Part shown: piece after piece, positions 51,509 to 61,539 of the stretch
Layout of the letters: every line of letters begins with the position of its first letter
Position numbering within the stretch: the stretch's first letter is position 1
Source: Alphaproteobacteria bacterium
GTDB taxonomy: Bacteria > Pseudomonadota > Alphaproteobacteria > UBA2966
DNA: 64,000 nucleotides
Reading direction: 5' to 3'
NCBI GenBank assembly: GCA_964291395.2
Contig: OZ219856.1
Location: 480,001-544,000, forward strand
The notes under the pieces: model-generated
Told to the model about the DNA's origin: nothing
Seen by the model: only the letters and a program-made list of their open reading frames with translations
Databases searched by the model: none
Translations under genes and position numbers: made by a program

Positions 51509-51901
51509 ATGGACGAACGCATGAAGACGCACGGCGACTTCGGGTGGTGCGACCTGATGACCGACGAGCCGGAGAAGGCGCGTGCGTTCTACACGGACGT
51601 CATCGGGTGGACCACGGAGGTGATGGATATCGGGAAGGGTCCGTACACGGTGCTCAAGACGGGCGAACGCCCGGTCGCCGGCATCATGGGCAAGCCGCCG
51701 GAGGCGTCGGGCGCGCCGACCGCGTGGACCGTCTACGTGACGGTCGACGACGTCGATGCGCGGGCGGCACGGGTCGAGGGCGCCGGCGGCGCGGTGATCG
51801 TCGCCCCGGTCGACATCCCCAGCGTCGGGCGCATGGCGGTCATACAGGATCCGACGGGCGGCGTGATCGGCATCGTCACCTACGCCGAACCGGGCGACTG
51901 A
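51509..51901 (+). CDS. VOC / glyoxalase family protein
   Basis: FGWCDL, AFY..VIGW, WTVYVTVDDVD and DPTG motifs. Confidence 0.9.
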   Translation: MDERMKTHGDFGWCDLMTDEPEKARAFYTDVIGWTTEVMDIGKGPYTVLKTGERPVAGIMGKPPEASGAPTAWTVYVTVDDVDARAARVEGAGGAVIVAPVDIPSVGRMAVIQDPTGGVIGIVTYAEPGD

Positions 51902-52121
51902 CCGCGGCGGACCGGGCGCGACGCCGGGCCGGCAGGGCGCAACACGATGACTTCGCGTATTTGCCGTTCACCCCTGTCGGGCATTCGGCGTCGCCGCGGA
52001 TCGTCCCGCAACCGTGGGGCCGGCGACAACATCCGACCTCGTGGCGTCGATGTGCCTTGCAGGCAGGGAATCGCCCGCCTACCCTTCGGTTCGATACACC
52101 ACGACTGAAGGAGATTCCGGC

Positions 52122-52952
52122 ATGACTCATCCTGCCATGGCGCCCGGCCGCGTGGCCGTCGTAACCGGTGCGGCGAACGGCATCGGCCTCGCTTCCGTCA
52201 AGCGCTATGCCGCGTTCGGCATGAAGGTCTGCATGGCGGACGTCGACGAGGACGCGCTGGCGGCCGCCGCCAAGGATGTCGCGGAGGTCGCCAAGGGCGG
52301 CGCCGGCGACGTGGCGACGGTCAGGACGGATGTCGGCCGCCGCGAGGACATCCTGGCGCTGAAGGAGGCCGCCTACGACCGCTTCGGCGAAGTCGCGGTG
52401 CTGATGAACAATGCGGCGACCCGCGCGCGCGCCGGGGCTCTCGACGGATACGGGGAATGGGTCGAGTCGATGAGCGTGAACCTCTGGGGCGTCGTCAACG
52501 GAACCCAGGCGTTCGTGCCGGCCATGATCGCGCAGAACACGCCATGCGTTGTCGTCAACACGAGTTCCAAGCAAGGCATCACGCTGCCGCCCGGCAACAC
52601 GCCCTACAACGTCACCAAGGCCGGAGTAAAGGCCTACACCGAGCTGCTGCAGCACGAGCTCCGCAACGTCGAGGGATGCCAGGTGACGGCCCACATGCTG
52701 GTGCCCGGCTGGACGACCCGCGGCGGCTTCCAGTACCAGAAGGGCCAGTGGTCGCCGGATCAGGTGGTGGACGTGATGATTCCCGCGATCGAGCGCGGCG
52801 AGTTCTACATCATCTGCCCGGACGACGACGTGACGCCCGAAATGGACCGCAAGCGGATTCTATGGGGGGCTGGAGACGTCGCGCACAACCGGCCGCCGCT
52901 CTCCCGTTGGCACGGGGACTACGACGAGGAGTTCGAACGGTTCGACGGATGA
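52122..52952 (+). CDS. SDR family oxidoreductase
   Basis: TGAANGIG, NNA and YNVTK motifs. Confidence 0.9.
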   Translation: MTHPAMAPGRVAVVTGAANGIGLASVKRYAAFGMKVCMADVDEDALAAAAKDVAEVAKGGAGDVATVRTDVGRREDILALKEAAYDRFGEVAVLMNNAATRARAGALDGYGEWVESMSVNLWGVVNGTQAFVPAMIAQNTPCVVVNTSSKQGITLPPGNTPYNVTKAGVKAYTELLQHELRNVEGCQVTAHMLVPGWTTRGGFQYQKGQWSPDQVVDVMIPAIERGEFYIICPDDDVTPEMDRKRILWGAGDVAHNRPPLSRWHGDYDEEFERFDG

Positions 52953-53034
52953 CGTCCGCCTTCTCCGGGATGCGGTTCATCGGGGGTCGGACCTCAGGTC
53001 CCGCCGCACCCCGAATCGGGTCGGTGATTCCCGT

Positions 53035-53871
53035 CTAGTTCAGCAGGGGCGCGTACTCGTCGAGCTTCTTCAGCGCGTCGTCGCGCGCGACGGACGGCAT
53101 CTCCAGCAAGACGCGGGTCGCGCCCGCCGCTTCGTAGGCGTCGACCGTCTCCCTGGCGGGCTGGGGGCGGAATACCGTGACGGAGAGGGTCGACATGTCA
53201 CGGCCGGCTTCGTCGGCCACGGCCTTCAGCTTGGCCATCGTCTCCTCGGGGGCGCCGGCGGGGGCGGCCCGCGGCAGCCAGCCGTCGCAGAACTCCACGA
53301 CACGGCGAAGCGTGTGCACCGTCTCGCCGCCGAGGATGATCGGCGGATGCGGCGTCTGCACGGGCTTGGGATAGCACCATGACGGCTCGACGTTGACGTA
53401 GTCGCCGCGGAACGAGGCTTCCTCCTCGGTCCACATGGCCTTCATGGCGAGCAGGCGCTCGCGCAACAGTTTGAACCGTGTCTTGGGATCGGTGCCGTGA
53501 TTCTCCATCTCCTCGAGGTTCCAGCCGCCGCCGGCCCCGAAGATGAACCGGCCGCCGGACAGCATGTCGAGGCTGGCGATGGTGTTGGCGGTGACGATGG
53601 GATCACGCTGGATGACGAGGCAGATGCCCGTGCCGAGCTTCAGGTTCTTGGTGACGGACGCCGCGAAGGAGAGCGCCACGAAGGGGTCGTGCGTGCGGAT
53701 GTAATGCCGGGGCAGCTCGCCGCCGCCCGGAAAGGGCGATCTGCGGCTGGTCGGAATGTGCGTATGTTCGCAGAGGAACAAGGACTCGAAGCCGCGATTC
53801 TCGAGCTCCTGGGCGAGTTCCGGAACTTCGATCGCGTAGTCGGTGGGAAAGAAGAAAACACCTTTATGCAT
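53035..53871 (-). CDS. LLM-class oxidoreductase (F420-dependent-like subfamily)
   Basis: GFESLFLCEHTHIP, DPFVAL, GWNLEEMENHG and PKPVQTPHPP motifs. Confidence 0.9.
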   Translation of the reverse strand: MHKGVFFFPTDYAIEVPELAQELENRGFESLFLCEHTHIPTSRRSPFPGGGELPRHYIRTHDPFVALSFAASVTKNLKLGTGICLVIQRDPIVTANTIASLDMLSGGRFIFGAGGGWNLEEMENHGTDPKTRFKLLRERLLAMKAMWTEEEASFRGDYVNVEPSWCYPKPVQTPHPPIILGGETVHTLRRVVEFCDGWLPRAAPAGAPEETMAKLKAVADEAGRDMSTLSVTVFRPQPARETVDAYEAAGATRVLLEMPSVARDDALKKLDEYAPLLN

Positions 53872-53984
53872 GCCTGATCCTCCAAGCGTTCAACAAGCCG
53901 GCGCACGTGCGTGCCGTGCCTTGGGCGCCATTAAATCGAGTGCGATGGGCGGAGTCCACGAACGGGCGATGCCGGAACGTGCGT

Positions 53985-54827
53985 CTAGTTCGGGCCGAAG
54001 AACGCGAAGGCCCGCACCTCGATGCTGACCCGGCCGGGGGCGCTGGGCGCGGACGTCGGGTCGTCGAACGACGCGTGGGCGGTGAAGCGAGAGCCGCTCT
54101 CCCTGTCCGAATCGTAGGTCTTGAAGACGAGAACCTCGTCGTCCGTCATCAAGGGGAAATAGACCCAGCGCTGCTCCGGATTGTGGACCAGCTGATAGGT
54201 CTCGCCGACGCGGTCCGGGCGCCGGCGCTCCATTTTCACGAGATCGCCGCTCTGGATGGTCCCGGCGTCGCAGATCGCCAGCGGCTGCGCTTCTACCGGG
54301 CTGCGGACGGGGCGCCAGACCTGAATGACCGCGAAGCGATACCGCAACAACTCGTCCGCCTCGTCGGGCAGTAGCTCGCGAACGCGTTGGGGGCCGGACC
54401 TGTTCGTGTAATCGTTGTGCGCGTTCCTGACGGTCTCGCGCATCCACTTGGCGTCGTCGGAATCTTCGTCGCCGGCGCGAAGCGTGTGGTCGAACAGATG
54501 CACGCGCTTCGCTCCGCTGACCGCCATCATCAGCCGCTCCATCTCCGGATAGTAGACGGCGCGAATCTCCTCGTGGTCGCGAAAATTCGTAACCGCCGTG
54601 GTGTGATTCATGAACCGGAAGCCATGCCGCTCGAGCGAGAAGGGCTCGGCGGACAGGCGTCCGTTGTGGATGGCCACTTCGCGGCGCACGAAGTCTCCCC
54701 CGCGGTATTCGATGCGGCCGTCCACGACGCTCGACGCGGCCACGGGTTTCTGATCGGCGTGGGCGAGATAGGTCAACTTCGCCCGAACGGAGCCCACCGG
54801 CTCCGGCGCGTGCTCGACTTGTGCCAT
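53985..54827 (-). CDS. CmcJ/NvfI family oxidoreductase
   Basis: FSLERHGF, FDHTLR, HNDYT, PLAICDA and RVSIEVR motifs. Confidence 0.85.
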   Translation of the reverse strand: MAQVEHAPEPVGSVRAKLTYLAHADQKPVAASSVVDGRIEYRGGDFVRREVAIHNGRLSAEPFSLERHGFRFMNHTTAVTNFRDHEEIRAVYYPEMERLMMAVSGAKRVHLFDHTLRAGDEDSDDAKWMRETVRNAHNDYTNRSGPQRVRELLPDEADELLRYRFAVIQVWRPVRSPVEAQPLAICDAGTIQSGDLVKMERRRPDRVGETYQLVHNPEQRWVYFPLMTDDEVLVFKTYDSDRESGSRFTAHASFDDPTSAPSAPGRVSIEVRAFAFFGPN

Positions 54828-54967
54828 GGAGTCACCCTTCCGTTGACGGTGCGACCACTTAAGCGGGGAATCGGCGACTCCGCAACCGTCGGGGCGGTCG
54901 GGGTTGCCGCGCACGGGTCGTCGCGCCATGCTGGAGATGCCCGGCGCTCCCAACCGTGGGACTGATC

Positions 54968-55381
54968 ATGGAAGCCGTTTTGCAGAGTTTCCTGGCGGGG
55001 TTCCCCGTCCTTCTGATGCATTTTTTCGTGACCGTTGTCATGCTCGCCGCGGGCGTGGCGGTCTACGTCTGGATCACCCCGCACAAGGACCTGGCGCTCG
55101 TGAAGGAGGGGAACGTGGCGGCGGCGATCTCGCTGTCGGGTGCCGTTCTGGGTCTCGCCATCCCGCTCGCCATGTCGATGTCCGTGAGCGTGAACGTCGC
55201 CGACATCGTGATATGGGGTCTGTTGACCCTCGTCATTCAGCTTGTCGTCTTCCGCCTGACCGACCTCGTCCTGCGGGATCTGCCGGCGCGCATCGAGGCG
55301 GGCGAGGTGGCCGCGGCCCTGGTGCTCTCGGCGATCAAGCTGGCTGTCGCCGCAGTCACGGCCGCCGCCGTCTCCGGTTGA
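54968..55381 (+). CDS. DUF350 membrane protein
   Basis: Y.WITPH.DL.LVKEGNVAAAI...IEAGEVAAA; four TMs. Confidence 0.88.
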   Translation: MEAVLQSFLAGFPVLLMHFFVTVVMLAAGVAVYVWITPHKDLALVKEGNVAAAISLSGAVLGLAIPLAMSMSVSVNVADIVIWGLLTLVIQLVVFRLTDLVLRDLPARIEAGEVAAALVLSAIKLAVAAVTAAAVSG

Positions 55382-55399
55382 CGGCGGCGCGCCCGTTTC

Positions 55400-56254
55400 A
55401 TGAACCGCTTGCTGGATCGGCTCGCCTATCTGGCGGCGAGTCTCGCCCTCCTTTACGCGGGTACGTCCTACCTGCAGTTCCCCCATGGGGAAGATGCGCG
55501 CCGTCCCTCGGTGCGCGTCGCGGCACTCCCGCCCGCATCTCGCGCTCCCGCCGTGGCGCCGGGCACGCAGGTGGTCACGATCGAGGTTCCGGAGAAGCAG
55601 CCGTCGACCGGTACGGCCTTCGCCGTCGGAGGCGGCTGGTGGCTGACGGCGCGCCACGTCGCGGACGGTTGCGACGCCGTCGGCCTCGTCACCGGGGCCC
55701 GCCGGGCCGCCGCGGCCCAGCAGGTCGTTATCCATCCCAACGCCGACCTCGCCCTGTTGTCGCTGGACCTCGACCCGGAGCCCTTTCCCTTTCTGACCGC
55801 ATCGCTGCGGCGCGGTCAGGACGGCTTTGCGATCGGCTATCCCCAGGGGTCGCCGGGGGATGTCCACGCCCAGCTCATGGGGCGGGTGCGCCTGAAATCG
55901 GTGGGGCGGTACCGGACGGACGAGCCCATCCTCGCTTGGGCGGAACGCCGCCGTGTTCCGGATCACCTGCCCGCCCTCGGCGGACTCTCTGGGGGTCCGA
56001 TGTTCAACGAGAGGGGTGAGGTGATCGGAGTCATGGTCGCGGCGTCCGAGCGCCGGGGACGGGTGATGACGTCGGATCCCTCGTCCGTCCGGTGGTTGTT
56101 GGCGGAGGCCGGGCTCATGCCCGATCCCAGTGCGCGGACCACCGATCTCGCGGTCGGCAATTTCGTGGGGCGAGGCGATGATCTTCGTGAAGACTTGCGC
56201 GTGGCCAAGGTCATCTGCGACGTTCGGAGACCGTCTCGCCGCCGCTTTCTGTGA
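55400..56254 (+). CDS. Membrane-anchored trypsin-like (S1) serine protease
   Basis: Catalytic triad LTARHV / DLAL / GLSGGP; N-terminal hydrophobic segment; no PDZ domain. Confidence 0.88.
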   Translation: MNRLLDRLAYLAASLALLYAGTSYLQFPHGEDARRPSVRVAALPPASRAPAVAPGTQVVTIEVPEKQPSTGTAFAVGGGWWLTARHVADGCDAVGLVTGARRAAAAQQVVIHPNADLALLSLDLDPEPFPFLTASLRRGQDGFAIGYPQGSPGDVHAQLMGRVRLKSVGRYRTDEPILAWAERRRVPDHLPALGGLSGGPMFNERGEVIGVMVAASERRGRVMTSDPSSVRWLLAEAGLMPDPSARTTDLAVGNFVGRGDDLREDLRVAKVICDVRRPSRRRFL

Positions 56255-56360
56255 TGCCGGCTGTGGCCCCGGTGTTAAGCTGAAACGACGGCGGCCCCGG
56301 TCTTCCGAATCCGGGCCTTGATGTCCGCATGGTGATGGCGGACTTTCCTCATCCGGAGGG

Positions 56361-58121
56361 CTACCACCCCATGGCCCTGGCCGGCCGGCGGGGGTCGGCG
56401 CCGCCCGTCATCGCGCCCTGCTTCAGGTCCGCGCTGATGGCGGAGACGCCGCCGACGCCGATCGAGATGTCGCGCAGCCAGTCCACGTCGTGCCCCAGCG
56501 CCGCCAGGCGGTCCCCGGCGGCGCGGTCGATCCGGCTCTCGAGGGCGAGCCGGCCGGGATAAGCCGTATGGGGCTCGAACGAGTCGGGTTGGCTGTGCGT
56601 GCAAAGACGGGGCGCGTCGATTGCGGCCTGGATGTCCATCCCGAACACCACGTGATTGAGCAAGACCTGGAGCATACCTTGCGGCTGGGTGTCGCCTCCC
56701 GACGCCCCGAAGGGCATGGCGAATTCACCCCTCTTCAGCGCGATTGCCGGATTGGGGGTCAGACGCGGCCGCTTGCCGGGCGCGACGCAGCTCGCGTGTC
56801 CGGGAACGGCGAACGATTGCGAGCCTCGGGCGGACGGGGTGAACCCGAGGCCAGGCACCATCGGGGCGTCCCAGCTCGTGTCGCTCGGCGTCGCCGAGAA
56901 GACATTGCCGTCGCCGTCGATGACCGCGGCGTAGGAGGTGTCCGCCGCATGAACCGGCGTCGGCGCGTCCCGGGTAGCGGCGGGTGCCGCCCAGCGGTCC
57001 GGGCCGCCGTTCACGGAGCCCGCGGGCGGAAGCTCCGTCCAGGCTTCGTCGGAGCGGATGAGCTTTCGCCGCTCCGCGGCATAGTCCGAATCGAGCAGGG
57101 CCCCGATCGGAACGTCGACGAACCGGGGGTCCCCGTAATGGCGTTCGCGGTCCGCGAATGCGAGCTTGATCGCCTCGGCGACGGCGTGAATGTACTCGGG
57201 CGTGTTGTGACCGAGTGTTTCCAGGTCGATTCCCTCAAGCAGGGAGAGCGCCTGGGGTACGACGGGACCCTGGCACCAGGGTCCGCAGGAATAGATATCA
57301 ATGCCGCGGTAGCGGTAGGCGACGGGCGGTTCGACGGCCGAGGCATACCCCGCCAGGTCGCCGGCCGTCAGCCAGCCGCCGTTCTCGCGCTGGAAGGCCA
57401 CCATCATCTGGGCGATATCGCCCTTGTAGAAGGCGTCTCGCGCGGCCGCCAGGCCGGATTCACGCCCGCCCTTCGCCGCCGCGTGTTCCTCATCGGCCAT
57501 GTACTGAAGCGTGGCGGCGAGGTCGCGCTGCACGAGCAGATCACCGACTTCCGGAATCCGCCCGTCGGGAAGGAAACATTCGGCGTTGCCGGGCCAGTTC
57601 CGGATCCGTTCCGCATGGCGTTCGATATAGATCTTCATGTGTCGGTGCAGGGCAATTCCTTCCCGGGCACAGCGGATCGCATGTCGCGCGGCGTCACCGA
57701 AACTCATGGTGCCGTAGCGCGAGAGGGCCTGGATGTACGCGTCGGGCGCCGCGGGCACGACCGTCCGCCGCACGCCGATGGGAATTTCACCCCCGCACTC
57801 ATTCACGAAGTAGTCGAGCGAGGCCGCCTTGGGCCACCAGCCGAGCCCGCTGATCGTCAGCACTTCGTCCATTTCCGCGAGGTAGACCATGATAGGCGCG
57901 ACGCCGCCGAACTGGACCTGGTCCGACTGCACGACGCCGAGGGTGATGCAAGCCGAGACACCGGCGTCTACGGCGTTGCCGCCGCCCTGGAGGATGTCGA
58001 TAGCGGCTTCGGTGGCCAGGTAATGGCCGGTGGACGCCATGTAGCGCCGGCCGATGGCGGCCGGCTGAAGCGAGGGTGGCGGAACGGACTCCCCTTCGTA
58101 GCTGGGATGCTTAGTCGCCAC
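56361..58121 (-). CDS. Gamma-glutamyltransferase family protein
   Basis: GGNAVDA, AFADRE, ADTSY (Ntn Thr), PGKRP and GADPRR motifs; start uncertain. Confidence 0.92.
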   Translation of the reverse strand: MATKHPSYEGESVPPPSLQPAAIGRRYMASTGHYLATEAAIDILQGGGNAVDAGVSACITLGVVQSDQVQFGGVAPIMVYLAEMDEVLTISGLGWWPKAASLDYFVNECGGEIPIGVRRTVVPAAPDAYIQALSRYGTMSFGDAARHAIRCAREGIALHRHMKIYIERHAERIRNWPGNAECFLPDGRIPEVGDLLVQRDLAATLQYMADEEHAAAKGGRESGLAAARDAFYKGDIAQMMVAFQRENGGWLTAGDLAGYASAVEPPVAYRYRGIDIYSCGPWCQGPVVPQALSLLEGIDLETLGHNTPEYIHAVAEAIKLAFADRERHYGDPRFVDVPIGALLDSDYAAERRKLIRSDEAWTELPPAGSVNGGPDRWAAPAATRDAPTPVHAADTSYAAVIDGDGNVFSATPSDTSWDAPMVPGLGFTPSARGSQSFAVPGHASCVAPGKRPRLTPNPAIALKRGEFAMPFGASGGDTQPQGMLQVLLNHVVFGMDIQAAIDAPRLCTHSQPDSFEPHTAYPGRLALESRIDRAAGDRLAALGHDVDWLRDISIGVGGVSAISADLKQGAMTGGADPRRPARAMGW

Positions 58122-59430
58122 CGCCTGCCTGCCGGCGTTGAATAGCCGGATCCTCGCCGGGCACGAAAATGGCGCCGTCGCGCGTGCGGTCTGTGTACAT
58201 GCCTTCGATCGACCTGGCACTTGCTTCCTTCGACTCCCGCTGCCTGGGCAGGGCGGTAACGAGGGGAAGATCCTCCGCGTCGGGCATGGCCAGCCAATCT
58301 TTCCGGGCGAGAGCGGCCTCGATGTAGGGCGCGAGTTCCGCCCGTTTCCGTTCTTCCCGATCGGCCGTGCGTTCCTTGAACTCCGGCATCACCTCCGCCG
58401 CGAAGATCTCCAGCGACTGGCAGATGTGATCGTGGCGGTTTTTTCCGCCCTGCTGAATGAAGATGATCTGGTCCATGCCCGTATCTTCATATCGCCGGAG
58501 ATGGTTCCGGAGGTCATCCGGCGTGCCGATGCAGCCGCGGCCCTTGTCCTGTTCGATGCTCCCGCGGACTCGTTCGTACTTTTCCCAGACCCCGGTATGG
58601 CCCGGGCGATGATCGCCGAAGACGTAGTAGTGGCCGATGCCGTAGCCGAAGAAGCGGAAACCGTCGAGGCCCCGGGCCTCCGCTTCAGCGGCATCCGAAT
58701 GGCAGGAGAACCCCGAAATGATGGCGATGTTGGCGTTCACCGTGTGGCCCACGGGGACACATCGGTCCGACTTGATGATGTCGTAGTATTCCTTGACCCA
58801 CGGCGCCGCCTGTTCGGGCTCGAAGAACCCGAACGCCAGCGCGCCGATGCCCATCTCGGCCGCGCGCTGGATGCTTTCCCGCCGCGAGCAGGCCATCCAC
58901 ATCGGCGGGTGGGGTTTTTGCACCGGTTTGGGTACCACGTTGCGGCAGGGGGCCGAGAAGAATCTTCCGTCGTAGCCGGGGTAGGGGGACATGGCTGCCA
59001 TGTTGGCGGCCTGTTCCGTCGCCTCGAACCACATGTCCTTCTTCAGGTCGGGGTCGACGCCAAAGCCGCCGGTCTCGATCGCAGAATTCGACTCGCCGGT
59101 TCCCCATTCCGCGCGGCCGCCGGAGACGAGGTCCAGCGTGGCGATCCGCTCGGCGGCGCGGAACGGGTGGTTGTAACCGGGCGGCATGAGCATGATGCCG
59201 TGGCCGAGACGGATGTTGGCGGTGCGTTGGGAGCAGGCGGCCAGGAACACCTCCGGCGCGGACCCATGGGCGTATTCCTCGAGGAAGTGATGCTCGACTG
59301 CCCAGACCGCGTCGATGCCGAGCTGATCTGCGAGCTCGACCTGATCCAGCGACTCCTGGAACAGGCGGAGCTCGGAGTCCTCGTTCCAGGGACGGGGGAG
59401 CTGGTGTTCGTAGAAGATTCCGAATTTCAT
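58111..59430 (-). CDS. LLM-class flavin-dependent oxidoreductase
   Basis: MKFGIFYEHQ, WAVEHHFLEEY and RLGHGI motifs. Confidence 0.92.
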   Translation of the reverse strand: MKFGIFYEHQLPRPWNEDSELRLFQESLDQVELADQLGIDAVWAVEHHFLEEYAHGSAPEVFLAACSQRTANIRLGHGIMLMPPGYNHPFRAAERIATLDLVSGGRAEWGTGESNSAIETGGFGVDPDLKKDMWFEATEQAANMAAMSPYPGYDGRFFSAPCRNVVPKPVQKPHPPMWMACSRRESIQRAAEMGIGALAFGFFEPEQAAPWVKEYYDIIKSDRCVPVGHTVNANIAIISGFSCHSDAAEAEARGLDGFRFFGYGIGHYYVFGDHRPGHTGVWEKYERVRGSIEQDKGRGCIGTPDDLRNHLRRYEDTGMDQIIFIQQGGKNRHDHICQSLEIFAAEVMPEFKERTADREERKRAELAPYIEAALARKDWLAMPDAEDLPLVTALPRQRESKEASARSIEGMYTDRTRDGAIFVPGEDPAIQRRQAGGGD

Positions 59431-59632
59431 GCCAGAGTCCGGTGGGAAGGCCACGTCGACGCGGGACTCCCCTACCATACCCGCTCATCGCCACCAAGGG
59501 CGGGGCGTTTGCGTCCTCCTTCCCGCGGCGCTGCCAAGGCGCCCGCGGGCGTCGGTCCTTCGAATGCCCGACGCACCGGTCAAATCATTTCAAACCGCCT
59601 GTCCACCCCAAGGGGCGCACTCCATTTCCGGG

Positions 59633-60043
59633 TCAGTGCTTGTGCGCGCCGTGCCCAACCATCCCGCCAAATTGGAGCTTCTTTACCAGACGATCCCGGC
59701 TCGGCTTGGTGAAGTCGAGCTTCAGCGCCCACTCCCCCGTCATTTCGAGCTCGATGCGAGCCCGGTACATCCCTGGCATCCCGTGCGGCTCGGCAGGCAC
59801 CGGGTGGACGTTGTGGACGCCGGGCATGGACGGCATGTCGGCGCCGACCGTGAACTCGGCATCGACGACCGGCGTACCGCTCTTCTTGCCCTTCAGCGTG
59901 ATCATGCAGTCGTAGACCAACGCCTGCTGCTCGACCGGCGTGCATTCCACCGCGGCCGCGCTTCGCTCATTCGCATTTGCGAGCATCGGCAGCAGCCCCA
60001 GTACGGTGACGACGAACACTGCGGATAGACGGATATTCATCAT
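59633..60043 (-). CDS. FixH/YtkA-like secreted protein
   Basis: Signal peptide, ADMPSMP and PGMY...M.GEW motifs, His-rich tail. Confidence 0.75.
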   Translation of the reverse strand: MMNIRLSAVFVVTVLGLLPMLANANERSAAAVECTPVEQQALVYDCMITLKGKKSGTPVVDAEFTVGADMPSMPGVHNVHPVPAEPHGMPGMYRARIELEMTGEWALKLDFTKPSRDRLVKKLQFGGMVGHGAHKH

Positions 60044-60056
60044 GATTGCACTTCCG

Positions 60057-60797
60057 TCAGGCCGGAACGAATGATGCGGGCGAGGAAATGCCCAGGTAGT
60101 TGGACACGAGCCGTTCGTCGGCTATCAACTCAGCCGCGGGTCCCTGGAGAGTGATTCGCCCGCTTTCAAGCACGTAGGCCCGATCGGCGAGCGCCAAGGT
60201 GCGCCTGACGTTCTGCTCCACCAGGAGCACGGTGAGCCCCTGGTCGCGCAGTCGACTGATCAGCGCGAACACGTCCGCCGACAGTTTGGGCGATAGGCCG
60301 AGCGAAGGCTCGTCCAGCAGCAACAGCCGGGGCTCGGACTCGATTCCGCGGGCGAGCGCCAGCATCTGCGCTTCGCCGCCGCTCAGGCTGGCTGCCGGCC
60401 GATCCAGCTTGTCGGCGAGGGCGGGAAACAGGCGGCGCAGGTTAGGTCGCGCGCGTCGTCGAAGCACGAACCCGCCGTGTTGGTGGGCAGCGGCGCTGAG
60501 ATTTTCCTCCACGCTCAAGGTCCCGAAGATCAACCGTCCTTCCGGAACCTGGACGATGCCGCGAGCGACGACCGCGTGCGGGGGCAAGCCGCCGACCGAC
60601 GCTCCTTCGAACCGGATCTCGCCGGTGTCCGGCGACACGATGCCCGAGATGGCATTGAGAATCGAAGTCTTGCCGGCGCCATTCATGCCGATGATGGAAA
60701 CGATCTCCCCCGGCCGCACCTCCAGAGACACCCCGTCGACCGCGCGCAGACCGTCGTAGGAGACCACCAGCCCGCGTACCTCAAGCATCGAGCCCAT
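60057..60797 (-). CDS. Branched-chain-type ABC ATP-binding protein (LivF-like)
   Basis: GMNGAGKT, VPEGR, LSGGE and LDEPSLGL motifs. Confidence 0.9.
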   Translation of the reverse strand: MGSMLEVRGLVVSYDGLRAVDGVSLEVRPGEIVSIIGMNGAGKTSILNAISGIVSPDTGEIRFEGASVGGLPPHAVVARGIVQVPEGRLIFGTLSVEENLSAAAHQHGGFVLRRRARPNLRRLFPALADKLDRPAASLSGGEAQMLALARGIESEPRLLLLDEPSLGLSPKLSADVFALISRLRDQGLTVLLVEQNVRRTLALADRAYVLESGRITLQGPAAELIADERLVSNYLGISSPASFVPA

Positions 60798-61539
60798 CCT
60801 CCGTCCCCAGATAGATCTCCCGGACCTTCGCATCGGCAAGCACCTCGTCCGGAAGCCCTTCGGCGATCTTGCGGCCGAAGTCCAGCACGCAAAGACGGGT
60901 GCATACGCCCGCGATCAGCGCCATCTTGTGCTCGATCACCACACAGGTACGTCCCGGGGCGACGACCTCCCGGATGAGCCGCGCCATGTCCGCGGTCTCG
61001 GCCGGCGTCATCCCGCCCGCGGGCTCGTCGAGCAGCACGAGCTTCGCATCCACGGCGAGCGTGCGGGCGACCTCCAAACGCCGGCGGGCGGGAAGGGACA
61101 GGTTCCTGGCCAGAACCTCCCTGTCCCGGAGAAGCCCGACCTGCTCCAGCACCTTCTCCACTCTTCCCGCTTCGCCACGCGTGCGTGTTGGAGTGCTTCG
61201 CAACAGTCCAAGCAGTCCGCCAGAAACCCGGCTGTGCTGAGCAGCCCATACGTTCTGGAAGACGGTCATGGTCGGAAACAGGCGGATATTCTGAAAGGTG
61301 CGCGCCACACCCAGGCGTGCGATCCGATGCCCTTTCCACCCGGTGATGTCCGTGCCCTGAAACGAGATGCACCCGCCGCTGGGTGCGTACGCGCCGGTCA
61401 CGGTGTTCAGAAGCGTGGTCTTGCCCGAGCCGTTGGGTCCGATGATACCCAGGACGTCTCCGGATGCTACCTCTAGGTCGATCTCGGCGAGCGCGGTCAG
61501 AGCGCCGAAACGTTTCTCAATGCCGCTCAGCGCGAGCAT
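60781..61539 (-). CDS. Branched-chain-type ABC ATP-binding protein (LivG-like)
   Basis: GPNGSGKT, RTFQNIRLF, LDEPAGG and IEH motifs. Confidence 0.92.
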   Translation of the reverse strand: MLALSGIEKRFGALTALAEIDLEVASGDVLGIIGPNGSGKTTLLNTVTGAYAPSGGCISFQGTDITGWKGHRIARLGVARTFQNIRLFPTMTVFQNVWAAQHSRVSGGLLGLLRSTPTRTRGEAGRVEKVLEQVGLLRDREVLARNLSLPARRRLEVARTLAVDAKLVLLDEPAGGMTPAETADMARLIREVVAPGRTCVVIEHKMALIAGVCTRLCVLDFGRKIAEGLPDEVLADAKVREIYLGTEDGLDA

